DNA from: an uncultured Acidobacteriota bacterium
GTDB taxonomy: Bacteria > Acidobacteriota > Terriglobia > Acidiferrales > UBA7541
Direction: 5' to 3'
DNA length: 64,000 nt
Assembly: GCA_963739935.1 (NCBI GenBank)
Contig: CAVUBX010000003.1
Coordinates: 100,807-164,806 of the forward strand
In this document: one piece after another, positions 45,470 to 54,657 of the stretch
Position numbering within the stretch: position 1 is the first letter of the stretch
How the letters are laid out: each line of letters opens with the position of its first letter
Translations under genes and position numbers: made by a program
Notes under the pieces: model-generated
Seen by the model: only the letters and a program-made list of their open reading frames with translations
Databases searched by the model: none
What the model was told of the DNA's origin: nothing

Positions 45470-46669
45470 ATGGCAAATGTGGCGATTCCTTACCATGTGG
45501 ATGCCGCTCTCGAGCGTGGATTAGAGGGCCGTGGTATCTCCCGCGAAGATGCGCTTTCGTTGATGGAAGAAGGCCCGCTAGCAGCTTTGGTCCAGGCGGC
45601 TGGTGCTGTCCGGGACCGCTTCAAAGGCAATTCGGTCAGCTACTCCAGAAAAGTCTTCATTCCGCTCACCCACCTTTGTCGCGACTATTGCGGCTATTGC
45701 ACCTTCCGGGCTGATCCGCAACCCGGCGTGCCCTCGTACATGACCCCAGATGAAGTGCTGGCGGTAGCCGAGGCAGGGCGCCGTGCGGGATGCAAGGAGG
45801 CTCTGTTCAGCCTTGGCGATCAGCCCGAGCGGGTGTTTCCGGAAGCGAAAGAGTTTCTGCATTCGTTGGGCTTCGATACGACGCTCGAATATCTTGCGGC
45901 GATGAGTGAGTTGGTTCTTTTGAAGACTGGTTTACTCCCTCATTCAAATCCAGGCTTGATGGGCTCGAAAGACCTTTGCCGGCTGCGCGAGACAAACGTC
46001 AGCGTCGGCATAATGCTGGAGAGCGCTAGTCCTCGGCTGGGACGCCCCGGTGGGGCGCACTGGAAAGCGCCGGACAAAGTTCCTTCGCTTCGCTTGCGGA
46101 CAATTGAGAATGCAGGCCAATTGTCCATGGCCTTCACGACTGGCATTTTAATCGGAATTGGTGAGACTTCAGAGGAACGTGTGGATGCGCTGCTGGCGAT
46201 CCGTTCTGCCCATGAAAAGTATGGCCACGTGCAGGAAGTGATCGTCCAGCCCTTCCGCGTCAAACTGGATATTCGGATGGCTCGGGCGCCGGAGCCTTCC
46301 AACGATGATTTACTGCGCACGATTGCAGTCGCGCGCTTGCTTTTCGGCGGGGAGATGAATATCCAATCCCCGCCCAATCTGCTCTCGGAGGACTACCCGG
46401 ATTTGCTGACTGCCGGTCTCAACGACTGGGGTGGAATTTCGCCAGTGACAAAGGATTTCATTAACCCGGAAGCCGCCTGGCCGCAGATCTCTTCGCTGGC
46501 GGAGAGAACCGCGAAGGCAGGGTTCGTTTTGCGCGAACGGTTGGCAATCTATCCGGAATTTTCCTCGCGCCCGGAATTCGTAAGCGAGCAACTCCGGCCG
46601 TATGTTCGAAAGCTCCAGGGCGGGGATGGCTATGCTCGAGGGGAGGGTGACCCATGCTTAAAGCAGTGA
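45470..46669 (+). CDS. cofG: 7,8-didemethyl-8-hydroxy-5-deazariboflavin (F0) synthase subunit CofG (radical SAM)
   Basis: SYSRKVFIPLTHLCRDYCGYCTF shows the CofG-type CxxxCxxC context, followed by GCKEALFSLGDQPE. The split partner cofH lies directly downstream. Confidence 0.85.
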   Translation: MANVAIPYHVDAALERGLEGRGISREDALSLMEEGPLAALVQAAGAVRDRFKGNSVSYSRKVFIPLTHLCRDYCGYCTFRADPQPGVPSYMTPDEVLAVAEAGRRAGCKEALFSLGDQPERVFPEAKEFLHSLGFDTTLEYLAAMSELVLLKTGLLPHSNPGLMGSKDLCRLRETNVSVGIMLESASPRLGRPGGAHWKAPDKVPSLRLRTIENAGQLSMAFTTGILIGIGETSEERVDALLAIRSAHEKYGHVQEVIVQPFRVKLDIRMARAPEPSNDDLLRTIAVARLLFGGEMNIQSPPNLLSEDYPDLLTAGLNDWGGISPVTKDFINPEAAWPQISSLAERTAKAGFVLRERLAIYPEFSSRPEFVSEQLRPYVRKLQGGDGYARGEGDPCLKQ

Positions 46670-47908
46670 ATGCCGAATGGACTGAAGTCTCCTTGGATCG
46701 AGCCATCGCTATGGCGAGCCGAAATGTCGCCGGGGCCCTGGAAAAGGTTCTCGCGGGGAGCGATTTGGGCCTTGAAGAGGGGCTGACCCTGGCCAAGGTG
46801 GAAGACGAAGACCTTCTGGCGCTCCTGAAAGTCGCGGACGAGCTCCGTCATCGTGCGGTCGGCGACCGCGTCACCTACGTAGTGAACAGGAATTTGAATT
46901 TCACCAACATTTGCATCGTCGGCTGCGCTTTTTGCGGATTCAGCCGCGGGCCGGATTCGCCGGAGGCTTATTTCCATTCTACGGACACACTGATTGCCAA
47001 GTCGCTCGAAGCGGTCGAGCATGGCGCTACGGAAGTGTGCATTCAAGGCGGACTTCCGAAGGACCTAAACGGCTACTATTACGTTGAACTTCTTCGCGCC
47101 ATCAAGGCTCGATTGCCTGAACTTCATGTGCACGCCTTTTCGCCCATGGAAATCACGTACGGCGTCGAGAAAACGCGCCTGCCCCTGCGCGAGTACCTCT
47201 TCATGTTGAAGGAATCCGGACTGGGCAGTATTCCGGGAACGGCCGCGGAAATACTCGACGACGATGTACGCAGATCGCTCAGCCCCAATAAATTGAAAGT
47301 TCGGCAGTGGATTGACGTCATCCGCACGGCACACAGCCTTGGCATACCCTCGACTTCCACGATGATGTATGGCCACACCGAGCTTCCCGAACATTGGGTA
47401 AGGCATATCCTGCTGCTTCGCGACATTCAAAAGGAAACTCACGGATTTACCGAATTCGTTCCGCTTGGATTCATCCATTCTAAAACCCGGCTTTTCCAGA
47501 GCGGAGCCGCCCGCGCCGGGACGCTCGATCCACGAGGATTTGATCGTTCATGCGCTCGCCCGCGTGCTTTTGCACGGCTATATCCCCAATATTCAAGTCT
47601 CTTGGGTCAAACTGGGTTTTGAGCAATCCTTGACGTGTCTGCAGGCAGGAGCGAACGATTTCGGAGGCACCTTGATGGAGGAGAGTATCTCGAAGATGGC
47701 TGGGGCGACTTTCGGCGAATATGTCTCACCCGGCGAATTCCGTGCGATGATCCGAACCATCGGACGGATCCCTGCGGAGCGCTCAACAACTTATGGAATC
47801 CGCAAGGTTTTCGAGAACCCGGACGCCGAGGAGAGCCTCCCAGTTGAACCAATGCCGATACTCACTCCCCCGGCGAATCATGCGCCAGTGATCGCGACAG
47901 GCTACTGA
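46654..47908 (+). pseudogene. cofH: F0 synthase subunit CofH (radical SAM), single frameshift near 47515-47520 (or assembly indel)
   Basis: VVNRNLNFTNICIVGCAFCGFS shows the CofH-type cluster. The frame-1 part ends ...FIHSKTRLFQSGAARAG. The product continues as RSIHEDLIVHALARVLLHGYIPNIQVSWVKLG...GANDFGGTLMEE in ORF 47465..47908. Removing one G from CCGGGA restores a full-length CofH. Confidence 0.8.
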
Positions 47909-47995
47909 TAGCAAGTACACTGTTTGCGAAAAGATCCGAATCAGATCAGGGAGGTTGATATTCGTACGTTTTTGCTTCCCATATCATTCTCACAT

Positions 47996-48120
47996 TTGGT
48001 GAGTAGCTTATTTGCTCGATTGGTCGCGATTTGAAGTGGTGTAGCCTGCGCGAAGGCCGTGAGAAAGGAATTCATCTGCGCGCTATGGCCCAGACCTGTC
48101 TTTGATGAGTTTTGGCGATC
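47996..48120 (-). pseudogene. fragment of a LuxR-type response-regulator gene (copy 1 of a ~125-bp direct repeat)
   Basis: The minus-strand reading ...VWAIAR/AQMNSFLTAFAQATPLQIATNRANKLLTKCEND parallels the fragment at 49651-49773 and then breaks off. Confidence 0.4.
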
Positions 48121-48391
48121 TTACTTTTCCACGGTGACACCGTGTATGCTACTTGCTCCATGGATCATGAGAAGAGAGTCCTTCTGACGAACTGACATGC
48201 GACGCCTACCGACACGACGGGATTTCGAAGAAAGAGCGTTGGTTGTCTCGATTTTAATTCTGTTGATGGCGGCAATCGCTCAGCACTTCTGGTTACTTCG
48301 CCGCTGACACCGTGGTTCCCGCCCGGGTTTTAGAAACGCCAGCCCCGTGGAATACAGATGTTAACGCTCTCCGACGAAGCAGCATACTGAA

Positions 48392-48691
48392 ATGATATGT
48401 TGTGACATGGTCTCAAGAACACAATCTACGGAAGAACAGAACCAGTTTAAGGCTCGGTTGATCCACGCCAACCTGGAGACGGCCATCGTGCTCGCAAAGG
48501 TTGCGCTGGAGTCTGACGATGAGAGGGCCGTCATCAGAACCAGACAAAAAGCGTGTGAAGCTTACGAGGAAGCTCTCTACTGCTTACGTACCGCTGTTTT
48601 GACCCAGATAGAGTTCGAAGCGATCAGGACGAAGATCGCACATTTGGACTCGGTTCTGATGGCGTCGGGCGAAGCGTCTGCGGCGTTTTGA
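48392..48691 (+). CDS. hypothetical small helical protein
   Basis: ORF of 99 aa in a low-GC, otherwise decayed region. No motif was recognised. Confidence 0.3.
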   Translation: MICCDMVSRTQSTEEQNQFKARLIHANLETAIVLAKVALESDDERAVIRTRQKACEAYEEALYCLRTAVLTQIEFEAIRTKIAHLDSVLMASGEASAAF

Positions 48692-49475
48692 ACCTCGATC
48701 TCACGGAACGACTACTGACATACCTTCACGCTTTTCCGAAGAAACGCTTCCGCTGAATTTCGAATTGATCTTCTTTTGCCTCAGTAACACGCATCCCTTC
48801 CACTTTAACTGCACCCACGTCTGAATCCTCTGAAGGGAATTCCCTTAGATTCTTCGGGTCCGCGTCGGTAAGATCCATGGGCCTAATAGTTCGTCCAATG
48901 TCCATTTGTTTGGCTCATTGATCTTTTATCCTTTCTTGCCGGTAGCAATATGGCTTCTCTGTTGCGCCGCCGTACTTGCATCGAAGGAGGGAAGCGCCCA
49001 GGCATTGTGGAAGCGTTGGATGGGAATATCACCTCGCCGCCGAACCATGTCACATCATAAATGGGAGGGCAGTTTGTCTGATCGTCGAAGATTCGATATT
49101 CGAGATAGCTTTTTTCTATATCCTCAGGATCGTCGGTCAGCGCAAACTACAGCCTGATTTCGCGGTCACTCGACTACATTCTTGCTCATCGTGGTGACCT
49201 GCCTGTGAATTGCCTGTCATCTAGTTTATAAATGACGATTCTCAATATATCGCGAAAAAGCCACATCCGCCTGGAATGGCGGGGCAGCAAATACCGATAG
49301 CTCTCGCCGATTATGGGTTCCTCCGCGAAGCAGGTCCCCTCAGGGATTCGGCAGTGATTGGTCGGGATGGCACCACCGGAGGAAATTCACGAGTCCGAAC
49401 AGTTTCCGAGCCCGGCAGAACAACTTATGTCCGCGATCGGTGTTTCAGTGTTGCCGGCGGATTCTTCTTCGAAGA

Positions 49476-49800
49476 TCAGGGATGTGAATTTCCGAGCCAA
49501 TACAGAACCAGCTTGACTAGAAGTCCCCAGTTTTTGTAGATCCTAAACAGGTAGTTGCTAACCGTGTGTTCGGTGAGGCCAAGTTTTTGTGATACCTCGC
49601 GGTTGCTGAAACCCTGCACCACATGCTTGGCGACATCATTTTCACGTTTCGTGAGCAACTTATTTGCCCGAATTGGTCGCGATTTGAAGTGGCGCGACCT
49701 GTGCGAAAGCCGCGAGAAGGGAATTCAGCTGCTCGCTATTGGCCCAAACCTATCCCTGATGAGTTTTGACGATCCTTCGATTGGTCCGATTCGGGCGGCT
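49476..49800 (-). pseudogene. LuxR/NarL-type response regulator, C-terminal remnant with in-frame stops and frameshifts
   Basis: Has the GerE HTH LTKRENDVAKHVVQGFSNREVSQKLGLTEHTVSNYLFRIYK. The upstream part reads ...RRIVKTHQG*VWANSEQLNSLLAAFAQVAPLQIATNSGK* with TAG and TAA interruptions. The receiver domain is missing. Confidence 0.65.
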
Positions 49801-50072
49801 CTGCTGATGGCGCTGATTCAAACACCGCATGGCTTTCGAACCAAGCGACAATTCTGGGCCTCCAACGAACGAAGAGACCCACATCGATCCGCGGGCTCAA
49901 TCTCATCTCAATGATGATCTGAAAAATATCTTCAGGGCGCAGCCGCGCGGGCTGCGATTACCGGCGGACCTTTACAGGATTTCTATGCTGGCATGATGGC
50001 TCGCGGAATGAAGCCGTCGATGGCACGTCTGACGCTGGCCCGGAAGATTGCCGTGATCACTTTGCCAATTAA
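49765..50072 (+). pseudogene. IS110-family-like transposase, 3-prime remnant
   Basis: Has the helix-hairpin-helix-like SIGPIRAALLMALIQTPHGFRTKRQFWAS and a C-terminal FYAGMMARGMKPSMARLTLARKIAVITL, separated by tandem TGA TGA stops at 49915-49920. No N-terminal catalytic domain is present. Confidence 0.45.
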
Positions 50073-50317
50073 GGTACTAGCCCACCATTTGTCCGGTTTT
50101 CCGACTTCAACCAAGGTTTAGCATCGCACCATCTCACGTGTGGCCTTAAAGCCGTCGCTCCGCTGGAGCCATTCAATTCTTTCAAACTCGATATGGCAAG
50201 CATCGTTCGACGGCTGAGCGGGAAACCAACGCTTAGCAATGTGGCAAACTCGGCAGAGACCAAAGCTGAATGTCGTATCGATGGTACGTTAGAGGCGCCG
50301 AAAGTTACTCTTCTGCC

Positions 50318-50640
50318 CTAGAGATTTCGATTGGAACTAAGGGAAGAAGTTTCCTGCATTGCCAAGCGGAGAGTGAACTGAAAGCAGCTACCCTGCCCTT
50401 GCTGACCTTCGACGATTATGGTTCCTCCCATCGCTGTCACGAGTCTGGAGCAAACAGCCAAGCCCATGCCCGTGCCGCCATGTTTTCTGGTCATGGAACT
50501 GTCAGCTTGCGAGAATGGCTCGAAGATGTTCTTTCGCCTGTCCGCCGGAATGCCGATACCGCTGTCTTTCACGAGAAAGTGCAGCCAAGTGATGGCGGCT
50601 CGGCACTGTGTCCGACCCAGCCAAAGCGAAAATCGCAGAG
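50318..50640 (-). pseudogene. histidine kinase HATPase_c C-terminal fragment
   Basis: Reads ITWLHFLVKDSGIGIPADRRKNIFEPFSQADSSMTRKHGGTGMGLAVCSRLVTAMGGTIIVEGQQGQGSCFQFTL. No HisKA or sensor part is found upstream. Confidence 0.65.
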
Positions 50641-50946
50641 GAAATCACAGGCATCCGCAGTGCCGTTATGAAGGTCCCAAGAAGTTTCGTCCGGGTGGTT
50701 TTCCTTTCCTATCAGAAAGGGTCCGGATTTACGGCTGGTCAGGAGGCTCCGACGGCTGCGCTGAATTGCGTTCTGCGGAGCGGCCATAGCGCCGAAGAAA
50801 AGATCGACATGCTGAAGCGCTTATGGGCGATGTTTCAGGACTTGACCGGCTTCGCCACTGATCAAATCGCAATATCCCTCCAAGAGATCCCTCCCAGCAA
50901 CGCGATGGAAATGGGACAGATCATGCAATCAGTAGGACACGAGTAG
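50608..50946 (+). pseudogene. tautomerase-superfamily protein lacking the N-terminal Pro-1 segment
   Basis: SDPAKAKIAEEITGIRSAVMKVPRSFVRVVF resembles the 4-OT beta-alpha-beta unit starting about 11 residues in. An in-frame TGA at 50590 excludes a canonical MP... start. It overlaps the kinase fragment on the opposite strand. Confidence 0.45.
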
Positions 50947-51274
50947 ACATATTCGAACAAGTGCGGCCCGATTGCTGGCGCCGCGTGGAGCTTCAGATGT
51001 GCTTGTTTAACCCAGCCATGGTGCTCTGACAATGCCGCCGAAAACACCATGTCAGCGCCTAAACAGTTGCGAGGATTTTGTCACCTACCCGGGCTGATGC
51101 TTTCAGTACGAATCGCCTAAAACGCTTTTTCTCAACATACAAAGTTTTGGTGCCGCAAGTGCGTACAGGTCGAGTGCCACCCGAGAGGGTGGGTCGATGC
51201 GCCGTTCATCTATGCGTTGAATTGACCGGCATCGCGGGGTCGTCATGTGTTGGGCGAGGAGCCCGGGCAAAGAT

Positions 51275-52339
51275 ATGAGATGGAATGAGCAAACTCGGAT
51301 TCTGCTCAGCAAAGCGGCTGGAATCGCCGTGCTGCTCGCGGGCTTTTTGCTTGCCGCAAGATTGTGTTTGGGGGCGCCGGCCGATTCCTCTCAAACTCCC
51401 AATATTTTCAGACCCGCATCGACACCTGCAGACTCGATTTTCCATTTGTCGTTGCTGGTGCTTTCAGTTACGGGTCTGATTTTTCTGGTCGTCTTTAGCC
51501 TGATCGTATACGCCATCGTGAAGTTCCGGAGGCGCGGTGGCGAGGCCCATCGCGAGCCGCCCCAGGTCTACGGCAGCAATCAGGTAGAAGTTGCTTGGAC
51601 TGTGATCCCGGTTCTGATCGTTCTCGTGCTGTTCCTTGCCACTGCCCGCGTAATCCACTCCATTCAGGACGCTCCTGAGCCTGGCGGATCGATCGAGGTC
51701 ACCGTGATCGGCCATCAGTTCTGGTGGGAGTTTCGTTACCCACAACTCGGATTTGTGACGGCAAACGAACTTCATGTTCCACTCAGCGATCCTTCGCATC
51801 CCACGCCAACATTTCTCACTTTAATGTCCGCCGACACCGATCACAGCTTCTGGGTGCCGCGCCTCGCGGGAAAAACCGACCTGATTCCCAACCGCGTTAA
51901 CCAGATGTGGATCGATCCGCACGAGCCAGGCCTTTACCTGGGCCAGTGCGCCCAATACTGCGGCGTGGAACACGCCATGATGTTGCTGCGCGTCTACGTT
52001 GACTCACCCGAGCAGTTTGACAAATGGGTGCAGACACAAAAAAACGATGCCGTAAGTGATAACTCAGTTGTGGAGGGGCGCCGCATCTTTGAATCGACCG
52101 GTTGCATTAACTGCCACGCCGTCAGGGGAACTGTAGCGAATGGGCGCTTTGGTCCCGATCTCACTCATCTGATGAGTCGCGACACACTCGCCTCGGGCAT
52201 CGTGCCAAATACAGCAGAGAATCTCCGGCAATGGATTCAGGACCCCGAGCCTATGAAACCAGGATGCCTCATGCCGGCGATGAAACTAAGTAACACGGAC
52301 ATGAACGCGGTTGTCGCCTACCTCGAGACGCTTCGATGA
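51275..52339 (+). CDS. ctaC: cytochrome c oxidase subunit II with C-terminal cytochrome c domain (caa3-type)
   Basis: Has the CuA motif DHSFWVP...CAQYCGVEHAMM and a C-terminal haem-c site CINCH. Two N-terminal TM helices are present. Confidence 0.9.
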   Translation: MRWNEQTRILLSKAAGIAVLLAGFLLAARLCLGAPADSSQTPNIFRPASTPADSIFHLSLLVLSVTGLIFLVVFSLIVYAIVKFRRRGGEAHREPPQVYGSNQVEVAWTVIPVLIVLVLFLATARVIHSIQDAPEPGGSIEVTVIGHQFWWEFRYPQLGFVTANELHVPLSDPSHPTPTFLTLMSADTDHSFWVPRLAGKTDLIPNRVNQMWIDPHEPGLYLGQCAQYCGVEHAMMLLRVYVDSPEQFDKWVQTQKNDAVSDNSVVEGRRIFESTGCINCHAVRGTVANGRFGPDLTHLMSRDTLASGIVPNTAENLRQWIQDPEPMKPGCLMPAMKLSNTDMNAVVAYLETLR

Positions 52340-52349
52340 AAGCGGGAGC

Positions 52350-54029
52350 ATGAGTATGGCCTCGGAAACAATTGCGGTTCGCGCGGCCGAAATGGACGTC
52401 AGGACGATCACGGAAAGGCTCCACGATTGGGTTGTTACCGTGGACCACAAGAAGCTGGGAATTCTCTACATTCTTTACGCCCTGTGCTTTCTCGTGATTG
52501 GCGGCATCGAGGCGACGATTATGCGGATTCAGCTCATCGCGCCCAACAATCACTTTGTCTCGCCGCAAGTTTTCAATCAGCTGTTCACGATGCACGGCAC
52601 GACCATGATCTTCTTCGTGGCTATGCCCATGCTCATTGGCTTCGGCACCTATCTCATCCCTCTAATGATTGGCGCACGGGATATGGCCTTCCCGCGTCTG
52701 AATGCAATGAGTTTCTGGCTCACCGCATTTGGAGGACTGCTTCTCAACTTCAGCTTCATCGGCGGGAATGGACTGTATGGCGCGGGCAACGCCCCTGATG
52801 TGGGCTGGTTTGCATATGCCCCTTTGACATCGCCTCCATTCTCACTAGGGCACAGCACTGACTTCTGGACGCTTGGCCTGCTCGTTTCCGGTATTGGCAG
52901 CATCGGAGCTGCGGTGAATTTTATAACCACGATCCTTTGCATGCGTTGCCCCGGAATGACTCTCGGAAAGATGCCGTTGTTGGCTTGGATGAATCTGGTT
53001 ATGGGCGGCATGCTCATTCTCGCGATTTCACCGCTAACTGCAGCCCAGATCATGCTGTCCATCGATCGCTACCTTGGCGGCCACTTCTTCGATACCCAAG
53101 CGGGAGGCTCGGCGGTTCTGTGGATGCACTTTTTCTGGATCTTCGGCCATCCGGAGGTTTATGTCCTGATCATCCCAGCGTTTGCTTTCGCGTCCGAAAT
53201 CATCCCCGTTTTCTCACGCAAGCCAATTTTTGGGTATGCGGTAATGGTTGCCGCCACCATCTGCATCGGGTTCGTGAGTCTCAGCGTTTGGGCGCACCAC
53301 ATGTTCACTGTTGGGATGAGTTCGTACGCAAACAGCTTTTTTACGATAACGACCATGGCTGTAGGAGTTCCTACCGGTATCAAGATCTTTAATTGGATCG
53401 GGACAATGTGGGGCGGCAAGATCCAATTCAAAGCTCCAATGCTCTTCTGCATCGGCTTCCTCTTTCAGTTCCTGATTGCCGGCCTGACCGGAATCATGTT
53501 GGCCGCATCTCCGTTTGATTGGCAGCTTGGCAACTCGTATTTCGTTGTCGCCCACTTTCACTACGTCATCGTCGGAGGGATTCTTTTCACAATATTCGGA
53601 GCGTTTTACTACTGGTTTCCGAAGATGAGTGGACGACTGTACAACGAAGCGCTTGCCAAATGGCACTTCTGGCTGTTCCTGATCGGCTTCCATCTGACAT
53701 TCGACTTCATGCATATTCCGGGCCTGTTGGGTATGCCCCGACGAATCTACACGTACGAACCGGGCCGTGGATGGGAGATATGGAACCTCATCGTGACGAT
53801 CGGTGTGTTCTTTCAGATTGCCGGCGTGCTGGTCTTTGCCGTCAATTTGCTTTGGTCACTCTTCGAGGGTGACGCGGCGGGACCCGACCCCTGGGATGCG
53901 TGGACACTCGAATGGTCCACTGCCTCGCCCCCTCCCGAGTACAACTTTGGCAGAACGCCAACGGTTCAGAGCCGGCGGCCGCTTTGGGATATCAAGCATC
54001 CGGAAGATCCTGACTGGAAGTATGAATAG
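52350..54029 (+). CDS. ctaD: cytochrome c oxidase subunit I
   Basis: WFFGHPEVY-type motif (FFWIFGHPEVYVLIIPAF) and the HHMF segment are present, along with 12 or more hydrophobic helices. A GGGAG motif precedes the ATG at 52350. Confidence 0.95.
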   Translation: MSMASETIAVRAAEMDVRTITERLHDWVVTVDHKKLGILYILYALCFLVIGGIEATIMRIQLIAPNNHFVSPQVFNQLFTMHGTTMIFFVAMPMLIGFGTYLIPLMIGARDMAFPRLNAMSFWLTAFGGLLLNFSFIGGNGLYGAGNAPDVGWFAYAPLTSPPFSLGHSTDFWTLGLLVSGIGSIGAAVNFITTILCMRCPGMTLGKMPLLAWMNLVMGGMLILAISPLTAAQIMLSIDRYLGGHFFDTQAGGSAVLWMHFFWIFGHPEVYVLIIPAFAFASEIIPVFSRKPIFGYAVMVAATICIGFVSLSVWAHHMFTVGMSSYANSFFTITTMAVGVPTGIKIFNWIGTMWGGKIQFKAPMLFCIGFLFQFLIAGLTGIMLAASPFDWQLGNSYFVVAHFHYVIVGGILFTIFGAFYYWFPKMSGRLYNEALAKWHFWLFLIGFHLTFDFMHIPGLLGMPRRIYTYEPGRGWEIWNLIVTIGVFFQIAGVLVFAVNLLWSLFEGDAAGPDPWDAWTLEWSTASPPPEYNFGRTPTVQSRRPLWDIKHPEDPDWKYE

Positions 54030-54044
54030 AAAAGGAGAATTTGC

Positions 54045-54641
54045 TTGAGTACCGCCGCTTTCGCAGAGCCACCTCTTGAGTCCCAGTGGACTCTCCCGTC
54101 ACGGGGCCGCGTCGGGATGATTACGCTGATTGCCGCTGAATCGGCAATCTTCACGATTTTCGTGGTCGCCTACATTTTCTACATCGGGAAAAGCCTGTCG
54201 GGGCCGACGCCCAAGGATGTGCTTACGGTTCCGATTTTCGCCACGATTTGTCTGCTTTCCAGCAGCCTATCCATTCATCTGGCGGTTCGAGCTCTGCGAA
54301 ACGTAAGGATCGGAATGTTCGGGACTTGGTGGTTCGTAACCATGGCGCTCGGCATGATCTTTCTCATCGAGACGGGGCGCGAGTGGCAGAAGCTGATATT
54401 TCATGAGGGCCTGACCATCAGCACGAATCTTTTCGGCACGACCTATTACTCGCTCGTCGGCTTACACGCCTTTCACGTTACCGTCGGCCTAATCGTAATC
54501 GCGATCGTCATGACGTTCAAATTTCTGGGGAAAATGACGCCGCATTACAGCGAGCGCCTGGAGGTGTTTTCACTGTATTGGCATTTTGTCGACGCAGTGT
54601 GGGTCGTTGTGTTCACCGTTGTTTACGTGATCGGTCGTTAA
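54045..54641 (+). CDS. ctaE: cytochrome c oxidase subunit III
   Basis: TTG start preceded by AAGGAG. Has five TM helices and the characteristic YYSLVGLHAFHVTVG and LYWHFVDAVWV segments. Confidence 0.85.
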   Translation: MSTAAFAEPPLESQWTLPSRGRVGMITLIAAESAIFTIFVVAYIFYIGKSLSGPTPKDVLTVPIFATICLLSSSLSIHLAVRALRNVRIGMFGTWWFVTMALGMIFLIETGREWQKLIFHEGLTISTNLFGTTYYSLVGLHAFHVTVGLIVIAIVMTFKFLGKMTPHYSERLEVFSLYWHFVDAVWVVVFTVVYVIGR

Positions 54642-54657
54642 GGAAGAAGAAAATCAC

